Assembly (NCBI GenBank): GCA_951406725.2
Contig: OX597824.1
Span: 30,380,001 to 30,444,000, forward strand
DNA: 64,000 nt
Origin: Octopus vulgaris
Lineage: Eukaryota
Direction of reading: 5' to 3'
Below the pieces are notes generated by a model. That model was not told the DNA's origin, did not search any database, and was given only the letters and a program-made list of their open reading frames with translations. This document shows, piece after piece, positions 28,801 to 42,600 of the stretch. The first letter of the stretch is position 1. Each line of letters starts with the position of its first letter. Made by a program: the position numbers and the translations under genes.

Positions 28801-31800
28801 TTACTCAGCTATTTTTTGATGACATAAAATTAACAAGTATAAAATCAACAAAGCCATGCTGAAATCTTTTATTCACTGGTCTTCATAAATTTAAAGGACC
28901 ATATATAATAATTCATAAACTTAATATAAATCAGGATTTTCACTACATGGGGTGGAGGATTTAAAATCTGTTTTCCTATATTTAACAATAATTTTAATAC
29001 ATAGCAGTATGTATTAGAAATAACAGAATATATTAGATAATGTCATCATTGATACAGTCTGAAAAATAGACAAGAAGGTGACAACTGGAATGACACTGAT
29101 CACAGGGTTACTTCTTCAGAAGTAACCTGTAGCTAATCATCGAATTCAAGCCAACAAATGAACCTCTACACTTGCTTGATCTAGTTAAAATAGTAGCTAT
29201 ATCATTAAATCACACCCTACCATCATCATAAAAAAAAAAAAGGTCACTTGAGATCATGTAATCCCAGATATATAATTTTGATCATAAAAGGACAGGATAG
29301 TCTCAGCTTGAACACCTTTGAGTATATGTTTACTTTATCAAACCAGGTATGGAGCTAGCAACATCAACCAGTTTTCCTAGTATATCGCCTGCTTATTTTC
29401 CTCAAATTTTACTTGAACCTTCATTTTAGAATTAACAGTAATTATCTACAATTATAAACAACAGTTCAAGTTCAATTTCCCATAATTACAGCAAGTTGAT
29501 AAATACCTAAAACTAGATAATCAAATGACACACTATACATAAAAACATATAAATAATAATGAATTCATTCTCTTTTATTAGATGCATGTTTACAATTCAC
29601 ATTCTCATGTCTTTCATATAAAAGTCAAAGACAGAACAATAGTTCTGTCAAGTTGGCTGTGTTCATACTGGGGTACTGCTAAATGTTTCAGGTGTTTTAC
29701 AATGTGTTGCATCACTTCTTCCTTCTGTAGATCTTTTTTTTTTTAGTATCATGTCATATAATAAAAAGTGCATTTTTTACACCTTTTGCAATTTTTCACA
29801 AGCAAAATGCTTTTGATAAAAACAATTCTTTAAAACATCCTTCAACATACCTTTTAATTTACAATGAAAAGTCCCCATCATACTTTCTAACTGAGCTTCA
29901 ATAGCACACATTGTCTGGAAAGAGATAAAAGTATATAAATTTATTTAAGAATGGTTAAACAGGTAAACAAAATTAAAACATTATTTTTCTCATTCAGACA
30001 CAAGACAACACTCTTGATAAGCACTGCTTCCTTGATATGCTCAATATAACACCACTTACCAGCTTCATATACAAGCCACATAACATTTTCTCCAGTTGAA
30101 GACTACACTATGCTAATTAAGTCTATAAATGAACTATAAGGAGCACTCAGAGAGCACAAACCTCCGCCAAGGCAACACCAACATCCTCTCAATGATTAGC
30201 CAGATATGATTTTTGAAATGAGAACGTCTGAAATAAACTCAACTGCTCTCACAAATGAGAATACTAAAAATGAACCCGACCGCTCTTAAAAATTAAGGTA
30301 ATAGGCAGGAAAAATAATCCAGAATCCTTGTCCAGTACCAGATCGATCCCAAAATTTTATTAGCCCGTGCCAGTCACAAGGCCAAATATCCCTGAAAGTT
30401 TCATCCCAATTCATCCAGCGGTTCTTGAGATATCTTGTCCACATACAAACAAACAAACACAACCAAAAACAATACTTCCGCCTTCACTAAGGCAGAGGTA
30501 ATAAAACAAGAGTAATGATTCTCAAAATGCCACAGCAAGGCACAAACCTAGTCTATGGCAATCAAACTGATACTCTTGAAAGTTTCAACTACTTTCATGA
30601 TGTTTATCATATCATGATTTCAGCATTTTTTTAAAGGCATAACTAACATCAGCTTATAACTCACAAATATTTGGAACCTGTAGCTTATATTTCTCCAACT
30701 AAAGCTATAACTCTTAAAGTATTAATATTTCTATTTTTGTTTTTTTTTGTTTGGCAACAAAACAAAGCGCCTAAAGGTCACCAAGATAAGCAACAAATTT
30801 CTGCTTTCCTATCTTTGATTTTACTACAACTATTCACTACTTTAAATTCGAATGTGCTAAAGCTGCTCTTTTTTTGCTTCCTCTTTAATATACTCATGTT
30901 CTCACCAATATGTTCTTGTTCTCTTTAATAATCTTTCTTTCATGCAAGTGTGGGGCTCACTTGCTTCTCTCATGGAATTTTGAGGCTTGCTAGCTCACAA
31001 GGAGTTCATCTAATCCCACCCCCACAGCCTATGCCAAAAATCTTTTATTTTTCTTTCCTGATAAGTAAAAAGCCTCAACCTCACACTTTTGTGACTTTCT
31101 CTATCCCCCATAGATCATATGCTTCATGTACCAGACAAGGCAACCTTCCGCCCCTATCAAGCCACCAAATTATTTCTCCTCTATCACCATATCTCACACT
31201 CTCCCATGCACCACACCTGTCCTACCCCACTTGCAACCCACTAAACCACATGTTATCTCTCTCTTTCTCTTTCATATCTTCCCCCTGTACTATAACATTA
31301 TTACAATTCTACTGCTCTTCACCCATGCACCCCACACACACACACACCTTAGCCACAATTTTACCCCTCAATCCAATTTCTACAGTTATCACCTAAGCCT
31401 CCCTACTTGCCCAACTTATTATCCTTCATCACATCCATTATATTCGCCCTTCACTCATTCCCCCATCTCTCACTCTTTCAATCTCTACCCACCCATACTT
31501 CTGCACCTTCTGTCTCCACTCAGTTCTAGACCTTGAAGGTTCACTCCGACATTACTGTTTTTACCTCTTCCAGATCCACCTCAATCATCCCCATCTACTC
31601 TTCTGAAATGCAAATAGCCATGTAACTCTTCAATAGCAAGAGACCTTTTCTGCTCTGCTCTTTTTCTCATACTTTAACCATCACCTCTCAGGGTTCATAG
31701 TCTTGCAAACCACATGGTAACCGCACTAGGGCTGATGCCACACAAAAAAAGAAAAAAGCACCTAGTACACTTTGTTGTAATGTGTTTGGTATTAAGAAAG

Positions 31801-34474
31801 GCATTTAGCTACAGAAACCATGCCAAAATAGACATTGGAGCAAGATGCTTTCCATGTCAAATCATCCAATCCATGCCAGCATGAAACATGGACATTAAGT
31901 GATGATGATCACTATCATAGCAAGCATCAAGTTTTGCTGTTCTGAAACAGGTGTACAAACAGCAACTTCTCAGATTGGAACTGCATATGTGACAAACTGG
32001 CAAAGATTCAATCCCAACAAACTTCAAATAATAACTCACAGACAAGCTGGTTCTTCTTTCTGCCTATAATTACAATAACCTCTGCTCTTCTTAACTACCT
32101 GCCTTCATACTCTTTCCAGGCCCACTTGTCTCACTTAGCTTTCCTCCACCTACTACTCTTAATGAGTCTCACTTCCCAGATGCTGCATCAAACACTGCCG
32201 AATCCTTCCTCCTCAGAACCGCTGCCCTCTATCATGCAGTCACTTTCTAAGGCATTCAGTTCTGACAGAATATACTTTGTCAGATAAAGATAGATAAAGA
32301 GGAACTAAAAGGAAATATCAAGCAGAAATGAACAGTATAATGAAAAATGAAAGTAAAAACAGGAATTGAACACAGAAAATGGACTATTACATGAATGATA
32401 GGAATAAAGCAAACAGCGAAATATATTAAGATTTGAAAACTTTGCATAGTTTGTTTCAATAAATGATATCTAAGTTTTATAAGATATAAGAGATTTTAAA
32501 TAATGGCTAAAATTTTAAATTTCTTTGGACTCTTCTTTTCTTTTCTGTACAGTCTTCTCTAATATTCCACCACAATTGTAATCAACACAGGTTGGAATGT
32601 TTTTATAGCTGTTCAGCTTTGTAGCAAAACAATAAACAAGAATTCCACTCTTAACATCTCTCATTTCAAATATTTCCCAATGGACATCAATAATATCCCA
32701 ATAATTCTGATAGTTGGTGACAACAAGTCTAGAACAATGCTGGTGTTTACCTTTCTGATATTTCCAAAACACATTTATAAAATTTACATAAGTGAATAAA
32801 ACATTAGAAAAAAATTATAAAGGTAAATAACACAGCCAAAATATTTGTTGAAATGTTTGAATAGTCTATAACAAATAAAAGTGTTATTTCAGCCAGGAGA
32901 TAAATTTTTATGTAGACACACACACACACAGAAACAAAGAAAAACTAAGCGTAAAGTATTTTAGATATGCATTATTTATATGTTATTTTCTGTTAATCAA
33001 TTATTACATAAAATTACCTTTCTTCTACATATCTAAAACTGTCTTTTATTGAAATAAATGAATCAAATGAGAAACTTGCATTGCAGAAGCAATTCATCCC
33101 TGAAAATTTGGCTGTGACATGAAATCCTGTAACACAAAATTAATTTAACTCATCGATTTTCATGTTATGAAGGAAGAATGTGTTCCAACTGATTTTTCTT
33201 ATTTTAAAAAAAAAAAAACCCAAAAGACAACAAACAACGTGGTCACTTCTTTGCATAAAAATAACAATATCTAAATATACACAGTACAATATGTATATAT
33301 AAAAACATTTCAAGACAAATAAGTTAGGGATTAAATTAGAATTGTATCATTATAAGGGATGTGCTAAGCACAAAAGATATTGATTACTCTATGTGGGAAG
33401 GCAGAAACAGAATTATTGAGAGGATGACAGATATTATCATTTATCTTATAGTTCATCATCATCAACATCTGTTTAAGGGGTGAGAGCTTATCCAAAGTTG
33501 TTAGATGTTTATGGTGCATTATCTCTTTGTTCAGTTTAGTGTAAGTACCAGGCTTGTTGTAAACTCCTCTTATAATCTTAATATAACATTTGTAGTAAGG
33601 GTTGTTTGCAGTCTGCACTCGTTTTAATAGCATCAGCTCTTCATTAGGTAAACATTTTCTGGAGGACAGTAGCAACTCAACCACGTCAAACTCTATAACT
33701 TCTTTAAACCCTACATTATTTGCAAGTGTCACAATATATTTCTAAATTAGATGTAGATGTAATAATGAAAAACTTGTATCAAGGATACAGTTTGACAATA
33801 CATTTTTTCAAGTACCATTCAAATTTTAGAGTCTCACTTCACCTCATAACTCAGCTATATTATCCACAGCATCTATTATGCTGAACTTTTCCTGAAATCT
33901 TTGACTGTAGGTGATCTTCTTTGCCACTTACTTTTATAAGTTCTTAGATATTATGCCTTGATATTAGCTATAACACTTCAATTCATTGGCTGGAGCATGT
34001 ATACATACACACACAATATATATATATATGTGTGTGTATGAATGTATCATGATTATATCCTCCCAAATTTTTAACTATACAGGCATTTTGGTGAAGTGGC
34101 ATTTTGGTGAAAGAGTAATTTTTAATTCATGTGAGTTTCTATAAGAGTGAAATTACAGACCATATCCTGAAATCAGTGGTCACTGTTACCAATTTTTCTA
34201 TGCACAATATTTCATAACCTGAGGTAATTGTAACATGGGGCAATACAATGAAAAAATAGCAAACTGGATAATAACTTTACCTGAGAGCATTCTTTAAAAC
34301 CATATTTCACACTGGTTAAGGAACCTTTCTTATAGCCAGGTGTGTTTGCATATGCTCGAGCCATGTTACGAGCCCCTGTTAAATAATATAGAAAATAGAA
34401 TTGAAGATTAATTTAAACTTATGAAAACTTGAACAAATTCACTGGGAGAAAAAAAAATTTATGAAGCTTATCTT

Positions 34475-34514
<40 letters not shown>

Positions 34515-37248
34515 ACAGATAGTAATAGCCAAGTGCTTAGATTGAGTTTCTTGAATGGTCACACAACTATCAAACACTTATTGATTTTGGCAAGTTTCTG
34601 AGAATTAATACATTCAGTATTGTCAACTCACGAAGTTGATCCTAGATTAGCCAGTCCTAATCAGTAAACTATTTGCATGGATTTACGCTAATACCTGAAT
34701 TTTCAAGGAAAGCTAAAAGGACATTAACATTTACAATTTGAGAGAGAGAGAGAAAGGTGAAGGAGCAATTAAGAAGAGTGATGGTAAGGGGGCTGAATAT
34801 GGACAGATCCAAGCCATCCTTTGCTCCATAGTCGGCATGATAGGAAATAACTCTCTTTCCCTTTACTACCTCCTTTATCACCTGTTGCCTCTATTACTCA
34901 TTACATATCTTTATTCTATCAACCTCTCAACCCCACTTCTCTATCCTTCATCTTTCTCTCTATTCTAGTCATCCTTATAGTCACTCAGTCTTGAATGAAG
35001 ACCATATACAACAGAAAGAACTCTTTACTCTTGTCAGGAACAAGCAACAACTCTAGTGCTTGTGTCATGTTAAAATAAAACTTAGTACATTCTGTAAACC
35101 GGTAGGCATTAGGAAAGTCATTTAACTGTAGAAACTATGCCAAGAATGAAATGTATGAACAAGATGTGTCCTCCAAACTATTTTGAATGACAATAAGTTC
35201 TTATATGAAAAGCTGACTAAGACACTGAGGACCCATCCAATTCATACCAGTCTGGATAGTAAACATAAAATGATGAAATTATGATTCAAATTATTTCTGT
35301 TTTGAAGCTAGCATCCAAAACTTGATAAACAGATGTTGCCTATTCCAATAATAAACCCCATATAAAATCTTGTGATACAACATAAAATCTTCAATAAGTG
35401 TCCTTTACCAAAAACATCATTCCAACTTTGATATTATGTTATACAGGATATAAAGAAATGAGATAAACCAAATTATCAAAATTAAATTACCTTCGCGGAG
35501 TTGTTGGTTAACAATGTAGCAATCTTGTAACTCATCAATCTAGAAAATTAACAAAGAAAGGATTGGAGAATTAGAAGTTTGAAATTGAAATTAAAGAATA
35601 AGAAAAAAAGATGCATGGAATACACTTATTAAATTATTCTGAAGTTCTTAAAATATAGTTTACAATGTTCCGTTTTTGGATTTGGTTTGCAAGATTCTAT
35701 ATATGAGTTCATGTGTTGAAGCATATTCTGTTGTGTCTGGGGAGAATCATTTTCTTTTTGTGCCTTATGATTTAACACACTCACTGGTAAAATTTCCACT
35801 TATTTCTTATGTTTATTTTCCTAAAATTTTCCTTGCATCTTGCAACCTTTTCACGCAGTGTAAATAATGGACAGAGTCAAGACTATTGAAAAGTTTGTAA
35901 AACACAACGAAAATTTTAGGAAAATAAACATAAGAAATAAGTGGAAATTTTACCAGTGAGTGTGTTAAATCATAAGGCACAAAAAGTAAATGACTCTCCC
36001 CAGATACAACAGAGTTTACTATGTATTTTATATTCTTAACTATTATAAAATAATATTTCCCACCAAAAAATAGTTGCAATCAAACTTTAAAAAATAGAAT
36101 TTGTCACAATTAAAAAGTAACAGACAATATAGTATGGCAGAGTCGATTAAACTAATTATACATCATGCACTACATATCTGTGACCTATCAAATGTTAGAA
36201 ATCATTGCTATAGTTCAGAAAAACAATACAAATTGCTTTATTTCTCTCATGAGCAACTGCAACACATTCCTAATAAGCTGTAATATAATTTGCAATAAGC
36301 TGCCATAAAAAAAAACACGCACTATGTGGCTGGTTGTGGGAACAAGGGTATTCAAAGACTAAATAGAGAATTCTATACTTCCAAAAGCAGAGTTAAAAAT
36401 ATATTTATATACATATGCATGGCTGCATGGTTAAGAAGCTCACTTTACAACTATGTGGTTATGGGTTCAGTCTCACTGTGCAGCACATTGGGCAAGTGCC
36501 TTCTACCATACCTACAGACCAACTAATGCTTTGTGAGTGAATCTGAGATACATAGTGTGGAAACCCATTTTTGCATATATATATACATGCATACACGTGT
36601 GTGTGTGTGTGTGTGCGTGCGTGCACGTATGCATGCATGCACCCTCTCACTACTTGATACCTGGTGTTAGCTTGTGTACACCCTCATAACTTAGCAGCTC
36701 AACAAAAGAGCCAAAGAGAATAAGTACCAGATTACAAATATAAGTACTGGGGTAGACTTGTTTAATTAAAACCCTTCAAGACAGTACCCCAACATGCACA
36801 CAATCCCATGACTGAAATAAGTAAAAGATAAAAGATATCAACTTTCAAATTCATTTAAATTCTTCTTTGATTTTTTTCACCTCTGACAAAGTCAAAAATG
36901 ATTGAAACAAATTTATGTACATGCATGTGTGTGCATGCATGCATGTCCTTTAGTCTTTTACTTGCTTCAGCCAGTTAGCTGTGGCCATGCTAGAAAATCA
37001 CCATGAAAAAGATGAAATTGCACAAAAACATATAATGTTCATACAAATCTAAAGCACACACACACACAAACCTAAAGCCAATATAAACTTGAAACTTAGA
37101 ATGCAAACAAAATAAGGAATTAAATGTTTTAATCAAAAAGTAAAGAATTCCTAAGCAGAATATTAATATACTCTTCATAAGACATAATAATATATTTTTT
37201 TAAAAATTAAATATTGATTTGATAATAACACATTCAGATCTATCTATC

Positions 37249-37289
<41 letters not shown>

Positions 37290-39553
37290 GAGTATGTATA
37301 TATATATATATATATGTTTCTTTCTGTGGAAGAGCATAGGCTTGAAACGTTAAAGACTTTTTCACTTCCTGAGCGTTAAACTAATACATCTGTTTGTTGT
37401 CTACACCACCTGTCTTTGTCTTTTGTTGTTTTTTTTGTGAATTCTCCCTATATATACACACACACACACACATCTACCCGTCTTATGAATTTATAACTTA
37501 AGAGTGTTTACCTTTGATAAATGGAATTCAAGCCTTTTCAGGTATCTTTCTGCAGCTTTAATTTGCTGGAAATTTGAATAAAAATATACAAATAAATTTG
37601 TGATTTTAAAAACTGGGGAAAAAAATCTCCAGATGAAATGGAAAAAAAAAAGATTAATTTACTTTAAAATGAAAGCAAAAATAATACAAAAAACAATTTT
37701 TCAATTTACACAATTACTGTAATAAATGTAATAAATATCAGTGACAATAGTTTCACAATTAAAATTTATGCAAGAGTTTATCATTTGCAGTTCAAACTAG
37801 CTATTTAATTTCTTTTTTCACATAAATTTATGGAGATATTTTTGGAGAAAGATTTCTTCTTTTTGTAAGACATTATTGTATTTTTGTAGTGATCATATTA
37901 AATATTACATCAGATTTTTGAAACGTGAAGTCTGACAGGAGTAAAACATTTTTAAAAAACAAATTAAATCTGTTAATATTTATTAATTAGAAAATAAATG
38001 TAATCCAGCTAATTAGTATTTAGTGAGAAGGCAAAACTCCAGATATTGTTTATTAATTACAGACAAAAATACTAATTAAATGCTTGAAATTAGATGCAAT
38101 TTCAAAACTAGAACAACAGAATTGGACAGGACACATATTTATAACTCATCATATCCTCCACAAATACTAATTAACTGATAGACTCACACAGTTAATCAGA
38201 CAGAATAATTCACTAGGAAGCAAATAGTTTTAGCTTGAAATCTATCCACATGACTTAACATGCTGTTCTGAACTAACGTATTTGCTGCCAACAGGGTTAA
38301 ATGACAAAACAGAGGGCAAAGCTCTTTACTGATATCAGCAAAGAAATTTATGAGCCACAGATATTGAGGCTAATAACATTGTTGCTGATGAACAGTAAAT
38401 GTATATAAAACAGAGTTACTGATCTTTTAAATACAACAACGGCAACAGACTGAGTTGATAAACTCCTTTGTGTCCTTTGTTGCATTTCTGACAAACACAA
38501 ATAACTAATTATGGTCCAAAGAGAAATCTATGAGAGTGAACACTGTTGCTGCTGGTTGACCCTGGGTCAGAACTATGATTAATGACATTTTAGTATTAAT
38601 CATCCAGTATTTGTTATATTCAAGAGTGCATTATCCAACTTGTCTTCCCCATTTTCTTCAGATGATAAGGTATAATCTAAGACAGAGTCGGTTGCTATAT
38701 TTTGTAACCATTGGCTTAAGAGGGAGGAGGGGGGTCTCTGTATAATTTATATGTTTCCTTTACTGAAATGAAACCTATCAAGAACGTAACTTGAAAGGTG
38801 CTAAGTTTAATCAGACTTACTTTACCTACATACATTAAATAAAGATGAAAGTTTTATGCAAAATTCCCAACAGTTCGTTGGGATACAGAGAGTCTAAAGA
38901 CAAATGTCTACTCTCTAGCTGAACCAACTCAGAAGTAGAAAAGAAATTCACTTTCAATGAATTCAATTTAGTACTACTAAAACTAATTAAATAGGGAGAT
39001 GGTATCAGAAAGTGAAAATATTTTCAAAGTCTACATTTTCAAATCAGCTTAGAAAAGAAACATCAACCAATAATTCCAAGTCTTCCAACTTCAAAAAAAT
39101 GAATATACAAATAAATAAAACTATGCATATGCATATACAAAATCAAAATATGTTTACAAACTAAGGAATGACCTCAAATGAACTAAGAGAATCACTTCTA
39201 TCTTATCTTCAATACAATGTCTAGTCAACTGCTCCATTTTTTATTCAACCCTAGACTGATTTTAATTAATATATAATGTTAAGCTGAAAAATAGCTTGAG
39301 GATTTTTCTAGTCTCAGCAGGCTGATAAACACAAAACTTGAGAAGTATTTCTATTGCAAATAAGATGAATCCAGAATCATTGAAATACACATGCAAAACT
39401 TATTTCAATTTGTTGATGTAGTACAGAATAACTCCTTAGAAATTTTTGTGAGGTTTATGCATCTTGAGTAGTAAAATGCATTATATATATGTTTGAAGAG
39501 AAGACATTTGGAAGGGAGTATATAAACTGTTTGTGAATGGATGGTAATTTTGG

Positions 39554-39600
<47 letters not shown>

Positions 39601-42600
39601 AAAAGAATTTGAAATGATAATTACAAATCTGTTAACTTGATAATGTATTTCAAATAGAATCAGACAGTGAAGAAAAAATAAATGGTAAATGAAAACTAAT
39701 GCAGAAAAAAAACTGAAAGAATTCAAATATAAGAATACAAGAAAGAACCAAATGAATTTCTTACAAAGATGCAAATTTAGGGAAGGTTAGAATTGGCTAA
39801 TTTAACCTTAGAACTTGCTGGTATTTATCAAAAATAGTGGGATTACAACTGAGAACATAGGACCTAATTAAATGCCTCAGAAAATCTAGTTATGGGCTTA
39901 ATACCATTCTCTGTCATTTCAGTACTTGACAGAATATTTAAAAAAAACAGAAGAGTATAAAAGAAAAGTATAAAGAAAAAAAGGAAAGAAGTGTGAGGAA
40001 GAAAATACAGGTGTTAAAGGGAAGTTGATCAACAAGCTGCAATGTCCTCTCCTCCCAACCCCATCTCTGGTGATCAGTAAGGCAACAGGTTATACCTGCT
40101 GTGAAATGGTTGGCTTTCAGAAAAAGAGAATAGAAAGGAAACTCCTAAGTTCAGGAGGAAGTTGTCAGTAGACATGATGGCATCTTATGTTTCTACATCA
40201 AGCATAAAATAAAAGTCATTTGCATTGTTATATGAATTCTGAAATGCACAACACCACATCAATACAAACATTGTTGATATATTCATTAAAAGAAATAGTT
40301 CCAGAAATTTCTTGTTAATGAGGAAAATATAAAAAGAAAAAAAACTGAAATAATATTAGATTTAATGAGTAAGAAACATAAACAAGAAAAAAAAATTCTT
40401 TTGTAAGAAGTAGTATGTCAGATATTTTGGTTATTTATTAATGGGTGGTGGTAAAAGTGTCTGCATTAGTGTGTGTGTGTTAAAAAAATAGATGCATGAA
40501 TGAATTTGTGTAAGCAAATGCATATACGAAAGTGTATACATTTGTGTGTAGAGCTGGCTAATTAATAGACATGTTGGTGAAAGGGTAGTGTAGTATAAAA
40601 GACAATCCTTAGAATAAAATGTAAGCTTTTACACTATAGTCACAGTATAAGACTTCTTGATAATATTTCACAACAGGCTATAAATTTTGGTTAAGGTTCA
40701 ACCCTTTTGATACCAACCTGCCTGAAATTGCCCCTGACTCTACCAATATAAAGAACTTGTTTTAAAATGATCTATAAATTAAAACCTTCCATCAAATTCT
40801 CATGTTAATTTATGTTCCAAACACCAAATTAATAATCCTTTCTACTATAGGCACAAGGCCTAAAATCTGGTGGGAGCGCTTAATTGGTACTTATTTTATC
40901 AACCTTGAAAGGATGAAAAGCGAAGTCAACCTTGATGGAATTTGAACTGATAATGTACTGATGGATGAAATGCCACTAAGTATTTTGCTCAGCATGCTAA
41001 CAATTCTGCCAGCTTGCCACCTTAAACACCAGATTAATAATGACAAAGTTGTTTACAAAATTCTTCATTATTTTCAAAATTAAGTGAAAAAAAAACAACT
41101 TTGAAACATGGTAACAGAAGTGTTTACAGGACTTTTATACAAAAATGATGCACATATTTTAACAATTTTTAAACACTTACTCAAAACCATCACCTAAAGT
41201 TATATGAAGTTGTCAAAGCTATGTTTTTATTTAGTGATTAGGATAACATTCAAATGTTGGAGTCCAGCACTCACTGCTGAGACTTTACCATTCCAATAAT
41301 CCTTTGAAAACCATACTAATGACTAGTGAAACAATATTGTTAATTACATTAAGCAAAATATTTTTGGTTAAGGTTTATACAATTCATTTTTATTCTGCAA
41401 AAGGTGATGAATGTATGTTAGTTAAGTGTACTATGCAATCATCATAAAATATTTTAGACAGGTTAATAATATACTTATATGTTTCAGTAAAAGGTAGGAT
41501 CATAGTAGATATATTAGTGTTATGCACTGTGTGATTTGTGACATGCTAAAGCAAAGGCTGCTGAGCTTTAAATTTAATACTTGGTCTTTAAGACAGACGC
41601 TAGTTTTAAACTGATTTCTTTTTTTTAAATCAAAGTCCATCCTATACACCAACATATACTATACACAGATGAATGTGTATGCATCACAAGGTTAAGACTG
41701 TATGAAAATAAGAATGTATTTTTGTTTTGTTTCCTTTGTTGTTAATGTAAGCACGATGTTATAAAACACATACAAGTATCATAAAAGTTCTAAACATGCA
41801 TACTATGCAGGATACTAAAAGCGGACATTAAGAGCCAAACTAAAGATTACATGCAAATACTAAACTTTCATGCAGACTCTCACATGACAATTTATAAACA
41901 ATGTAGCAATAAATTCATTCTTCCCTTTGAAATCCACTGGACCTGTGCTAGAATTTGGTTTCTGTATTGTTAAGCAGACAAGAGGTAATATTAAAGGACA
42001 CTAGCAACTTTTCCCAAGCACACTGGTACCTGTTCCTTCACAGCTATAGAATCAGAATCACATATATTAAAATGTCTAACTCAAAGGTGAACTGAAATAC
42101 TTCCAATGGATTTTAAAATATTACCTATGAGTTGATAATTAAACATGTCTAACTGGCTATTTCATCTCTCTATAAGATTGCATACACTTTAATACAGAAC
42201 ATAGTTTTGCACAGAGAACAATTATCTGAGTGTATGTGCTTACGTTTTCATTTCATGATGAAAAACTATGTAGGGCTGGCATGGGACCTCGCTAATGACG
42301 GATAGCACTGGTGGACTTAGTCAGTGCTATGCATGATGACACCTCTGGGACCACTAACTTGGAATGATCCCAGCCCTATCAAGCAAAAGCATGAAGCCAA
42401 GCCTTACAACTGTGAGTTTTTTGCTGAGTGCAGTCTCCAAGACCAAAAGACTGTATATAGAAAGCAAATCCAAATGATAAACTGAAATATATATTGATTC
42501 AATTATTTCAGCATTACTGAGTACTCTTCTTTGTACTGACTATATAAAGTCTCTCTCTCTCTCTCAATAAAACTGCCATAACAATAAAATCTATTTCCTA

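Noticed and set aside
32041-32063. Apparent minus-strand micro-exon AERRTSLS with ag/gtgagt boundaries
   Set aside because: It lies antisense within a LINE remnant, and the flanking exons (..KECSQ / TMCAIE..) already join without a gap relative to the family alignment.
32515-32772. 85-aa minus-strand ORF with plausible composition
   Set aside because: No recognisable motif, no splice-compatible place in RIPOR, and length within chance expectation.
42294-42339. SECIS-like AUGA-stem-UGA hairpin or HDV-like ribozyme
   Set aside because: The apical loop lacks the AA motif, the site is not a 3'UTR, and the HDV P3/P1.1 pseudoknot cannot be built on either strand.
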